In this document: positions 1 to 8,991 of the stretch, one piece after another | Numbering within the stretch: the first letter of the stretch is position 1 | Layout: each line of letters begins with the position of its first letter | Origin: a virus | DNA: 64,000 bases | Virus record (IMG/VR): IMGVR_UViG_3300050143_000020 | Coordinates: 1,984-65,983 of that record | Strand: one strand, 5' to 3' | The notes under the pieces: model-generated | What the model was told of the DNA's origin: nothing | Seen by the model: the letters and a program-made list of their open reading frames with translations, nothing else | Databases searched by the model: none | Position numbers and translations under genes: made by a program

Positions 1-2
1 AG

Positions 3-551
3 CAAGTAAAGTTATCAATTCCTGGATCTCAAATCGGTTCTTGGATTTATAGCTCAACAACAATCGGTCTTAGATTAACGTTCTCTCTAGGAGCAGGTTC
101 TCTTCTTCAGATTCCATCAAATACATGGAGAACAAACAACTATCTTTCATCAACTGATTCATCCAATGCATTTATGTTAACAGCAAATAATGTATTTCAA
201 ATAACTGGCGTTCAGTTAGAACCTGGATACAATGTGTCGCCGTTTGAATATATCGGAATCTCGGCAAATATATTACGAAATGAAAGATACTACGAGTATG
301 GACAGTATGTCTGGAGAGGATATGCCACATCAGGCGTTCTTTTCGGAGGTTCTGTAAAATTCTGCGTACCTAAAAGATCTGTATCTGTAAATATCACTAC
401 AAGTGACGCTTCCAATACAGGATTCCCATCTGGTTCTGTTGTAATTACTGGAACTTCTATCCCGAGTGAGGGATTTGACCTAGGAAAAATAGCAAATGCA
501 ACTCAAGCAGCCGCATATTCAGTTTATTGGTTTGCATCTGCAGAACTATAA
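3..551 (+). CDS. C-terminal part of a tail fibre/tail-associated protein, 5' end outside the window
   Basis: Frame 3 is open from base 3 (QVKLSIPGSQ...FSLGAGSLLQ...) into ORF 174..551; QITGVQLEPG...PFE motif typical of phage tail-fibre carbohydrate-binding-like domains. Confidence 0.65.
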   Translation, partial: QVKLSIPGSQIGSWIYSSTTIGLRLTFSLGAGSLLQIPSNTWRTNNYLSSTDSSNAFMLTANNVFQITGVQLEPGYNVSPFEYIGISANILRNERYYEYGQYVWRGYATSGVLFGGSVKFCVPKRSVSVNITTSDASNTGFPSGSVVITGTSIPSEGFDLGKIANATQAAAYSVYWFASAEL

Positions 552-571
552 AAAAGAAAGAATAACATAAG

Positions 572-3500
572 ATGCCATCATCTATTCCATATCGTTTCAC
601 TATCAGATCTACTACAACGAAAAATGCTCCTCTTCCATCTGATCTTTTAGAAAAAGAACTAGCTTTTTCCTTTGTTTCTGACGGATTATTTATCAAGTAT
701 CCTGACGGATCAGTCCGTCAGGTAAATCAGCCAGGTGCTGCATCATGGGGATCTTTGGTAGGCAACATCGATTCTCAATCAGATCTTGTTAGCAGACTCA
801 ACAGCAAACAAGATCTACTGAATGCATCAAACGGCGTATCTATCAATGGTAGCACGATTTCCATCGATTTTCAATATCTATCAACATATCTAGCGCTTGG
901 TACATCTGCTGTTCTGAATGTTGGAACGACAGTTGGAACAGTCGCTGCTGGTAATCACACACATACAAAAAATCAAGTTGGATTAGGAAACGTTGATAAC
1001 ACTTCAGACTTGAATAAGCCTATTTCAACTGCAACTCAAGTTGCATTGAATGCAAAACAAGATCTGCTCGTTGTAGGCGACGGAATTTCTATTGTGAATG
1101 GTGTTATTTCATCTATAGGCGGAGCCGGTGCATCCATCATTTCATGGAATTCTATCCAGAATAAACCGACGACATTTAATCCATCAGCACATGCTCATAT
1201 AAAAAGTGAAGTTGGACTTCAGAATGTTGATAACACGTCAGACTCGAACAAGCCTATTTCGACTGCAACTCAGGTTGCATTGAATACTAAGATTGATGCT
1301 AGTTTGATCGGTGCTCCAAACGGATTAGCTACTCTAGATAACACATCTAAAATTCCAGCATCCGAACTACCAGCATCAATAATTGGCTCTTTGAATTATC
1401 AAGGTACTTGGGATGCCAATTCAAACATTCCAGTTCTTTCTTTATCAACTTCATCAAACAAAGGATTTTACTACGAAGTATCGGTTGCTGGATCGACTAC
1501 ATTATCAGGAGTAACTGACTGGAAAGTTGGAGATCTTGTTGTATCAAATGGAACAACATGGAAAAAAATTCATCCGGTTTCAGACGTCACATCAGTAGCT
1601 GGAAAAACAGGAGCAGTCACTCTCGTTAAAGCAGACGTTGGCCTTGCTAATGTCGATAACACTTCAGACTTGAATAAGCCTATTTCAACTGCAACTCAAG
1701 TTGCTCTGGATGCGAAAGAATCTTCATCAAATAAGAATGCTGCTAATGGATATGCTGGACTTGATTCTTCAAGTAAAGTTTCTTACTCCAATCTCCCAAC
1801 TCTTCTTTCCAATGCTTTGGTGTTCGTCAATAATTGGAATGCGTCAACAAATATACCATCTATTCCAACAGCAAGTGCATCGAATAAATGGAATTTCTAT
1901 ATCGTATCAGTGCCTGGTACAACATCTGTGAGTGGTATTTCTAAATGGAATGCTGGAGATTGGATTGTATCCGATGGAATCAAGTGGATAAAAATTCAAA
2001 CAAGCGACTCTGTCACATCGGTAGCTGGAAAAACAGGAGATATCACTCTTGCTATCTCTGATATTACAGGACTACAGGCTGCTCTGACCACTGGTGGAGT
2101 TGTATCATCAGTAGCTGGAAAAACGGGAGTTGTTACTCTTGCTATCTCCGATATCACAGGATTACAGGCTGCTCTGACTACAGCAGGATCGGTTACATCA
2201 GTTGCTTCAAAGACAGGCGCAGTCACTCTCGTTAAAGCAGACGTTGGCCTTGCTAACGTTGATAACACTTCAGACTTGAACAAGCCTATTTCAACTGCAA
2301 ATCAAGTTGCTCTGGATCTCAAGGCAAATAATCAAGTAGCAACAACTACTTCGAATGGATTACTTTCGAATGTTGATAAAACAAAATTAGATTCAGTTGC
2401 TTCTGGAGCAACAGCTAACTCAAGCGATGTTACTTTACTGAATCGTGCAAATCATACCGGAACACAAGCTATTTCAACTGTTTCAGGATTACAGTCTGCT
2501 CTGGATGCAAAAGAATCTTCATCAAATAAGAATGCTGCTAATGGATATGCTGGGCTTGACGCCAACGGAAAGATCCTAACATCAACTCTTCCAGCTTCGA
2601 TCGTTGGTTCTTTGAATTATCAAGGCTTATGGGATGCAAGTCTAAATTCTCCTACTATCCCAACGGCAGCACTCGGTAATAAAGGATTTTACTATAGAGT
2701 ATCTGTTGCTGGAGTCACAACAATAAATGGAATTTCTAGTTGGAATATTGGAGATTGGATCGTATCAAACGGAACGACCTGGGAAAAAATTCAAACAAGC
2801 GACTCTGTCACATCAGTAGCTGGAAAAACAGGAGCTGTCACTCTTTCTAAATCAGATGTCGCATTAGGAAACGTTGATAACACTTCAGACTCGAACAAGC
2901 CTATTTCAACTGCAACTCAGTCTGCATTGAATACTAAAGCCGGAACGTCTACAGCAACAACTACTTCAAATGGATTGTTGTCAAACATCGATAAAGTAAA
3001 ACTGGACTCTGTTGCATCTGGAGCAACAGCTAACTCGACAGATTTCTATCTTCTTAATAGAACAAATCATACCGGAACACAAGCTATTTCGACGGTTGCA
3101 GGTCTGCAAGGAAGCTTGGATGCAAAAGAATCTTCATCAAATAAGAATGCTGCTAATGGATATGCTGGGCTTGACGCTAACGGAAAGATTCTAGATACAA
3201 CGCTTCCTTCTTCCTTGACAAATTCGATTACAACTATATCATCTGATGTACAGACTCTTAAACAAGGCGGATCGAATGGATCTCCTACGCCAGATGTTAT
3301 TCTTGTTCCTGGAGGAGTCACAAAATCTGGAAATATTCTAGAAGAAAAACAAATATCATCTACTCTTGCCTTATCTGTAGTAGATTTCACACTATATGGG
3401 GTGATCTATAATTCTGCAAATTCAACGCAAATTATAAATGGTGATATATCAACAGGTGGCATGTTCTTAATCGATAAGTCTCCTATCATTCCAGTAGATG

Positions 3501-6463
3501 TAACAAAATCAACAGCTACATTTTTGGCCGGATCTACTGTAACGATTAATGGCGTCGGTAGTCTATCATTAAATGCGAATGGAACTTGGACATTTGTTGC
3601 AGATGCATCTTATATTGGATCGTTCCCAACTATCAAATATAGAGTGACGGATGGAACAAATACAATCACGTATTCTTTGATACTTTTATCATCTGCTGAT
3701 TTTAGCGCTAGTGTAGGCGGAACTAATAATTCATCCGATGCATATCTTTTAGATCGTGCGAATCACACTGGAACACAGTCGATATCAACTATTTCTGGAC
3801 TTCAAACTGCTTTGAATTCTAAATTAGATTCTTCTGGAATTCCTCCACTTCTTTTAACATCATCTGCTATATCAGGCACTGCGCAACAAGGTTATACGTT
3901 GAGCAGAACATCTGGAAAATATACAGGAACTCTTCCTTTAACCGTATCTGGAAATTGGCAAAGAAATGGTGTAGATATCGCCGGGGCTACTGGATCTACG
4001 TACACACTCGCTCTAGCAGATGTTGGAACAAATGTCAGATGGAGAGATAATGTTACAAATGCGGCCGCTATAAGCGGTGTAGATTTCTATTCATCTACTT
4101 TATCAGTTACTGCTCTACAAATTCCGGCAGCTATCACATTCCCATCATACACAGGAACTGTTCAACAAGGACAGACACTAACTCTTGTTCAAGGAACATA
4201 TAGCAATCTTGGTGCCGTATCTGGAATTCAATGGACTAGAAATGGAGCTGATATTTCAGGAGCAACATCTCCAACATATGTCGCTCAAGCAGCAGATGTG
4301 GGGACGTCTTTAGCTATTAAAGTAAATGTTACCAATTCTGCCGGAACCGCATCTATTAGTTCTGTCGGAACAATAGTCCAGCCGCTAGGACTTGTTGAAT
4401 ATCATTTCTTAATCGGAGAAAATACAGGATCATCTTACACCGGCTCGATTGATTCCCAATCAACTCGTTCGAATTCTGATGCGATTTCAAATTATGGATC
4501 TGCCACAGATATAACAGTCTCAAAATGGGATACAACGAACATTTCAAATGGTTTGATAAAATTTTCTGGTATATCTAACATATCTGGACCAGTGACTGTT
4601 ACGAGTGCTAAACTTCAATTGTATTGTTCGTATGCACATCAAGAATCAGCTAACAACAATACACTATCTTTATATTCTATGATGAAACCATGGAAGGAAG
4701 GAGAAGTATCTTGGTTAGAATATGCTCTTGGGCAATCATGGCAGGCTCCTGGTGGCATTGGATCGACTGATCATGACTCTACAGCAAGTGCATCCGTAGT
4801 TGCTCCTGCTACTTCTGGATCTTGGATTGAATTTTCTGGATCCGATCTCATCGCAGATGTTCAAAATTTCATAAATGGATCGAAAGTAAATTATGGATGG
4901 TTGATCGAGAGATCTGATATAACTGGATTGCCAACATCATATACTGGAGATAGCAGAAAATTTACATCTAAAGAGGGAACGAATGGATTCCGTCCAAAAT
5001 TGCTAATCACACTATCTGGATCAAACGTGAATCTACCAAAACCCATTGTAGATTCTTCGCCTGTTATATCTGGACTGGCGTTAGCTGGACAAACATTAAC
5101 TGCATCAAATGGAACATGGTATAATTTTCCTTCGTCGTATAAATATCAATGGTACAGAGCCGGCGTTGCTATCTCCGGTGCTACTTCTAACACATATGTT
5201 TTAACAAGCAATGATGTAAATCAACAAGTGACATGCAGCGTAGAAGCAGCTAATACATCTGGTTCCACAATTGATATCAGTTCTTCTGTTACGGCTCTTA
5301 TTCCTCCGACTGCTCCTATCACAGATAACAGCATTAAATCTATGCTATCTGTACCACAACCAGCTCTGCTTGCTGGATTTAGCGATCCGGCGTTTGGTAC
5401 TTTTATCAGAAGAATAACTGATGCATCATCACAATATAGCGATCAAGTGGCAAAACCTGTATATTCTACGATTCCTACTTGGAACTCAGATGAATCTAAA
5501 ATGATCGTATGGGTTACAAGTGGTTCACAAAGCGGATTTGCTTTGTTGAACGGGCAAACATACGCATACATCAAAATGCTAAGTCTTCCTGGTATTCTTG
5601 ACATCGAGCATTTCATGTGGTCCGCTACAGATCCTGATATTATTTTCTACGATTACGCATCTGGATCGACAAAGCAATTGAGAAAAATGCACATCTCGAC
5701 AAGTCAAGTAGATGTAGTGTTTACACATCCAGCTTCTACTGGAAATGTTGGCTTTGGTGGAGATCCAAAATATTCTTCATGGAACAATAATATTTTTGGA
5801 TTCTTTGATGAAGGAACAAATAAAGCATTCACTCGAAATGTAACAACTGGAGTCGAAAGCCCAAGATATACAGCTGATGTTGCTGCCGACATCTCTCCTA
5901 GCGGAGCATATTATGTCATATCTGTAGCGGGAGTCGCGACTGCTTATAGAACATCTGATAACACTGTTGTCAGAACATTGGCATCAAATTGGTCTGAGCA
6001 TGGATGTTTCACGCAATTATCCGACGGAAGAGATGTTTGGGTATCGGCACAATACGATAACACAGTGACAGGAAATGGTAATGTTATTGTTGAATACATT
6101 GATACAGGAGAAATATATACGCTTCTTGGTGAATCTAATGGATATGGATATCCATCAGCATCAACTCATATCAGTGGATTGGCATTCAATCGTAAAGGAT
6201 GGGTTGCTGCTTCTATTGTCGGAAACATTAACCAAGCAGGACTATTGCAGAATGAAATTGTCATGTGCAACCTGAACACAAGAACATATCAAAGAGTTGC
6301 TCATATGCATACATTAGGCAACAATAATTCACATTTCATCTTTGCAGAGGCACATGCAAATATCAGTCCATCCGGTACTCGTATTGCATTTGCTTCTGAT
6401 TGGGGATCAAATGCTGATGTTAATACGTTCGTTGTTGAACTTCCACCAGCATGGCTTGTTTGA
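572..6463 (+). CDS. Long modular tail fibre/appendage protein (repeat shaft, cadherin/Ig-like modules, DNRLRE/CBM96-like domain, C-terminal beta-propeller)
   Basis: 1963 aa; repeats NVDNTSDxNKPISTATQ, VTSVAGKTGxVTL, NYQGxWDA; Ig-like WQRNGxDIxGATxSTY modules; TolB/Ogl-like propeller ending ISPSGTRIAFASDWG. Confidence 0.8.
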   Translation: MPSSIPYRFTIRSTTTKNAPLPSDLLEKELAFSFVSDGLFIKYPDGSVRQVNQPGAASWGSLVGNIDSQSDLVSRLNSKQDLLNASNGVSINGSTISIDFQYLSTYLALGTSAVLNVGTTVGTVAAGNHTHTKNQVGLGNVDNTSDLNKPISTATQVALNAKQDLLVVGDGISIVNGVISSIGGAGASIISWNSIQNKPTTFNPSAHAHIKSEVGLQNVDNTSDSNKPISTATQVALNTKIDASLIGAPNGLATLDNTSKIPASELPASIIGSLNYQGTWDANSNIPVLSLSTSSNKGFYYEVSVAGSTTLSGVTDWKVGDLVVSNGTTWKKIHPVSDVTSVAGKTGAVTLVKADVGLANVDNTSDLNKPISTATQVALDAKESSSNKNAANGYAGLDSSSKVSYSNLPTLLSNALVFVNNWNASTNIPSIPTASASNKWNFYIVSVPGTTSVSGISKWNAGDWIVSDGIKWIKIQTSDSVTSVAGKTGDITLAISDITGLQAALTTGGVVSSVAGKTGVVTLAISDITGLQAALTTAGSVTSVASKTGAVTLVKADVGLANVDNTSDLNKPISTANQVALDLKANNQVATTTSNGLLSNVDKTKLDSVASGATANSSDVTLLNRANHTGTQAISTVSGLQSALDAKESSSNKNAANGYAGLDANGKILTSTLPASIVGSLNYQGLWDASLNSPTIPTAALGNKGFYYRVSVAGVTTINGISSWNIGDWIVSNGTTWEKIQTSDSVTSVAGKTGAVTLSKSDVALGNVDNTSDSNKPISTATQSALNTKAGTSTATTTSNGLLSNIDKVKLDSVASGATANSTDFYLLNRTNHTGTQAISTVAGLQGSLDAKESSSNKNAANGYAGLDANGKILDTTLPSSLTNSITTISSDVQTLKQGGSNGSPTPDVILVPGGVTKSGNILEEKQISSTLALSVVDFTLYGVIYNSANSTQIINGDISTGGMFLIDKSPIIPVDVTKSTATFLAGSTVTINGVGSLSLNANGTWTFVADASYIGSFPTIKYRVTDGTNTITYSLILLSSADFSASVGGTNNSSDAYLLDRANHTGTQSISTISGLQTALNSKLDSSGIPPLLLTSSAISGTAQQGYTLSRTSGKYTGTLPLTVSGNWQRNGVDIAGATGSTYTLALADVGTNVRWRDNVTNAAAISGVDFYSSTLSVTALQIPAAITFPSYTGTVQQGQTLTLVQGTYSNLGAVSGIQWTRNGADISGATSPTYVAQAADVGTSLAIKVNVTNSAGTASISSVGTIVQPLGLVEYHFLIGENTGSSYTGSIDSQSTRSNSDAISNYGSATDITVSKWDTTNISNGLIKFSGISNISGPVTVTSAKLQLYCSYAHQESANNNTLSLYSMMKPWKEGEVSWLEYALGQSWQAPGGIGSTDHDSTASASVVAPATSGSWIEFSGSDLIADVQNFINGSKVNYGWLIERSDITGLPTSYTGDSRKFTSKEGTNGFRPKLLITLSGSNVNLPKPIVDSSPVISGLALAGQTLTASNGTWYNFPSSYKYQWYRAGVAISGATSNTYVLTSNDVNQQVTCSVEAANTSGSTIDISSSVTALIPPTAPITDNSIKSMLSVPQPALLAGFSDPAFGTFIRRITDASSQYSDQVAKPVYSTIPTWNSDESKMIVWVTSGSQSGFALLNGQTYAYIKMLSLPGILDIEHFMWSATDPDIIFYDYASGSTKQLRKMHISTSQVDVVFTHPASTGNVGFGGDPKYSSWNNNIFGFFDEGTNKAFTRNVTTGVESPRYTADVAADISPSGAYYVISVAGVATAYRTSDNTVVRTLASNWSEHGCFTQLSDGRDVWVSAQYDNTVTGNGNVIVEYIDTGEIYTLLGESNGYGYPSASTHISGLAFNRKGWVAASIVGNINQAGLLQNEIVMCNLNTRTYQRVAHMHTLGNNNSHFIFAEAHANISPSGTRIAFASDWGSNADVNTFVVELPPAWLV
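985..3180 (+). repeat. Intragenic direct repeats in the fibre shaft
   Basis: Five NVDNTSD modules (~988, 1222, 1648, 2254, 2870); three KESSSNKNAANGYAGLD modules with near-identical DNA (~1710, ~2500, ~3117); 87-bp tandem unit at ~2010-2185. Confidence 0.9.
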
Positions 6464-6469
6464 TAAATA
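6464..6469 (+). promoter_or_regulatory. T4-type late promoter core TAAATA
   Basis: ATAAATAG right after the stop of the fibre gene and 21 nt before the next ATG; same motif recurs before other late genes. Confidence 0.6.
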
Positions 6470-6490
6470 GATTAAACTTTTATTAAGCAA

Positions 6491-8452
6491 ATGAAACATT
6501 ACAAATATCTATTAGAGGCGTTAGATAAGCATCAAACAAGTGCTGTTGATTACTGGAAGGACATGCACGGTACAGATGCTTCTAAAGCATTATCTGACCA
6601 TGTGATGAAAGGGGAAGATACGATTCATCTTCCCCTGAAATCAAAAGAGGATCATGTTGGAGAGATTCCTTCAGATGTACACGAACATCTTAGATCGAAT
6701 GGATTTGATATTCCTTCTTTTCATGAATACAGGGCAGGATATGCAACAGATAAACATGGTCGAATGGTTTCGATCGGAAAAGCTTTAACAAAATCAAAAG
6801 CTCCTCCAGAGTTGAAGAACAAGTTTGATAACGATCCTGCTAGACAAACAAAGCAATCAGATCTTCATGTCGCTATAACTCGTGATCCATATCATGTAGC
6901 CGGTATGTCTACCGATAGAGGGTGGACATCATGTATGCATATGTATGATGGATGTAATGCCCAACATATAGAGCAGGATCTTCGACATGGAACTCATACA
7001 GCATATCTGATTCATAAAGATGATAAAAATATTGAGAATCCGATCGCTCGTATAAATCTGAAACCTCATGTCAACTATGAACACGATCACACAATTCTTC
7101 GTCCAGAAGGAACAACATACGGAACAGGAAACGATCAATTCCATTCTACTGTGAAAGAATGGGCGGAACAGCATTTTCCTATGAAACACGATGGAAATTA
7201 TCAACCGCATGGCGATGTTTATGAAGAAACCGGAGTCTGGTACAATAAAAATGCATCTCATATACCAGATCAATTCAGACATCTAACAAATCCAAAAAAT
7301 CACGATGGTAGATCTATCTTCACTGATGGCGAATTGAATGTATCTGCTAATGATTTGATAGAACATGCTCCTAAACATGTTTCATATCACATTCTGAATT
7401 CTATTAATTCTTCAAATGATTCTGATGAAACGAAGAATCATCAAAGAATGGCTCTAGCTAATCTTACTAAGCATCACGATGTAATGAACTCATCAATGCA
7501 TGGATTATCTCCTGCTGACAAACATCATATGTTAACAGGAAAATATCAATACCAAGATTCAAAATTCGCATCTCAGATGTTATCTCATGCATCTAAATTC
7601 AAGGTTGATCCAGAACATACAGGAGATGCTATCGATCATGCTTTGAAAAATGAAGGAAGTTCTTTGGATATTAAAGCCGGTAATGATGAACAAGCTACAA
7701 AAATCCTCAATAAAGTTGGAGCTAAAGACTATCTATCTCTAAGATCCGGCAAAGAGTCTAATGAATTTATCAATAAGCTTGCTAGAGATCCTGAACTAAA
7801 ACCAAATCATCTAATTGACATTGCCCATTTGTTAGATGCAGATACAATACATCATTTGATTGATAAACACGGTGGAAAGATTTCAGATGGATTTCTTCAT
7901 AACGAAATGTCAACTAATTCAAATTATGATCAATCGCATGCTGATAGAATTTCCAGTCTTTTTGATTCAAAGAGTAGAAAATATCAATATCATGCTTTGA
8001 AGTCTATTCCTGATGATGCAATGAAGAATTATCCTGGATTGGCTGAGTATGCTTTACATAATGTAAAAAATCGTGATATCTTGCATAAAGCAGTCGATCA
8101 CATCAACGAGCATGGCACATCCACAGCAGTTCCTATAAAAGCAATTAAAGCTGCTGGTGATTTTGTTGGTGATAAAAAGATAGCAGATTTCATAACACAT
8201 TCTCCTCATGTTCATAAAAATGCAATCAGTTATCTAGATTCTGCTAATGCTAACAGATTGCATATACATGCTTTGAAATCAGATAATCTGACAGCAGAAC
8301 AGAAGTATCCACACCTCAAAGCTATCATGGATACAGAGACTCCTAGATCATATCAATTTGCTGCAATGGATGTTTTGAAAGGAACTGATATGGAAGATCA
8401 AGCAAAAGCAGGATTTCGTAAAGTTAAGAATCATGATCAAGGAATGCAATGA
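6491..8452 (+). CDS. His-rich hypothetical protein, possible capsid-packaged/ejected protein
   Basis: 653 aa; N-terminal LLE motif; DPYHVAGMSTDRGWTSCM block I recall from large-phage hypothetical proteins; follows a late promoter. Confidence 0.6.
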   Translation: MKHYKYLLEALDKHQTSAVDYWKDMHGTDASKALSDHVMKGEDTIHLPLKSKEDHVGEIPSDVHEHLRSNGFDIPSFHEYRAGYATDKHGRMVSIGKALTKSKAPPELKNKFDNDPARQTKQSDLHVAITRDPYHVAGMSTDRGWTSCMHMYDGCNAQHIEQDLRHGTHTAYLIHKDDKNIENPIARINLKPHVNYEHDHTILRPEGTTYGTGNDQFHSTVKEWAEQHFPMKHDGNYQPHGDVYEETGVWYNKNASHIPDQFRHLTNPKNHDGRSIFTDGELNVSANDLIEHAPKHVSYHILNSINSSNDSDETKNHQRMALANLTKHHDVMNSSMHGLSPADKHHMLTGKYQYQDSKFASQMLSHASKFKVDPEHTGDAIDHALKNEGSSLDIKAGNDEQATKILNKVGAKDYLSLRSGKESNEFINKLARDPELKPNHLIDIAHLLDADTIHHLIDKHGGKISDGFLHNEMSTNSNYDQSHADRISSLFDSKSRKYQYHALKSIPDDAMKNYPGLAEYALHNVKNRDILHKAVDHINEHGTSTAVPIKAIKAAGDFVGDKKIADFITHSPHVHKNAISYLDSANANRLHIHALKSDNLTAEQKYPHLKAIMDTETPRSYQFAAMDVLKGTDMEDQAKAGFRKVKNHDQGMQ

Positions 8453-8952
8453 GCAAACAATTTTCCAATTTTCTGCAGACTAACAATTTCATGTTAGTGA
8501 TTCCGTCGTTTGAGGCAACTAGATTTCTTGCTACGTCCTTTGCCCTTCCCAGCATTGCTCTACCGCCTGCTGCAGCCGATACACCCTTCTCTACCATGAA
8601 ATTTGCTGGTGACAAGATCCAGTTTACGCCTGTGAGCTTCGAATTCATCATAGATGAAGATATGAAGAACTACACGGAAATCTATTCCTGGTTATCTTCT
8701 ATCTCGTATATGGAATCGTTCGATGCATTCAAGAATTATGCTTTGAAGTCAAATTTTCAACCTCTAGGCGAACAAGATATCAAGGTCATGATTCTGGATT
8801 CAAAGAATAATCCAGTTTCAACGTTTACATTTTTTAATGCTATTCCTGTCTCTCTTTCTAGTTCTGGTGTGTCTTCTACTGTGTCAGATGTCGAATACAT
8901 GAGAGCATCTGTAACATTTGATTATGATTACTTCATCATCGAAAAGAATTGA
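8449..8952 (+). CDS. gp3: Tail completion/sheath stabiliser, T4 gp3-like
   Basis: LPSIAL...TPF...GDKIQF.P....FIIDEDMKNYTEIYSW and final ASVTFDYDYF pattern. Confidence 0.75.
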   Translation: MSKQFSNFLQTNNFMLVIPSFEATRFLATSFALPSIALPPAAADTPFSTMKFAGDKIQFTPVSFEFIIDEDMKNYTEIYSWLSSISYMESFDAFKNYALKSNFQPLGEQDIKVMILDSKNNPVSTFTFFNAIPVSLSSSGVSSTVSDVEYMRASVTFDYDYFIIEKN

Positions 8953-8956
8953 CAAT

Positions 8957-8962
8957 TAAATA
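8957..8962 (+). promoter_or_regulatory. Late promoter core TAAATA
   Basis: AATTAAATAC in the intergenic gap upstream of 8992. Confidence 0.55.
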
Positions 8963-8991
8963 CATCACATTGAACTAACAGAAAAGATCAC

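Noticed and set aside
985-2930. Repeated ~60-nt units as a CRISPR array or DGR template
   Set aside because: In-frame coding repeats with irregular spacing; no cas or reverse transcriptase gene; no adenine-specific variation seen
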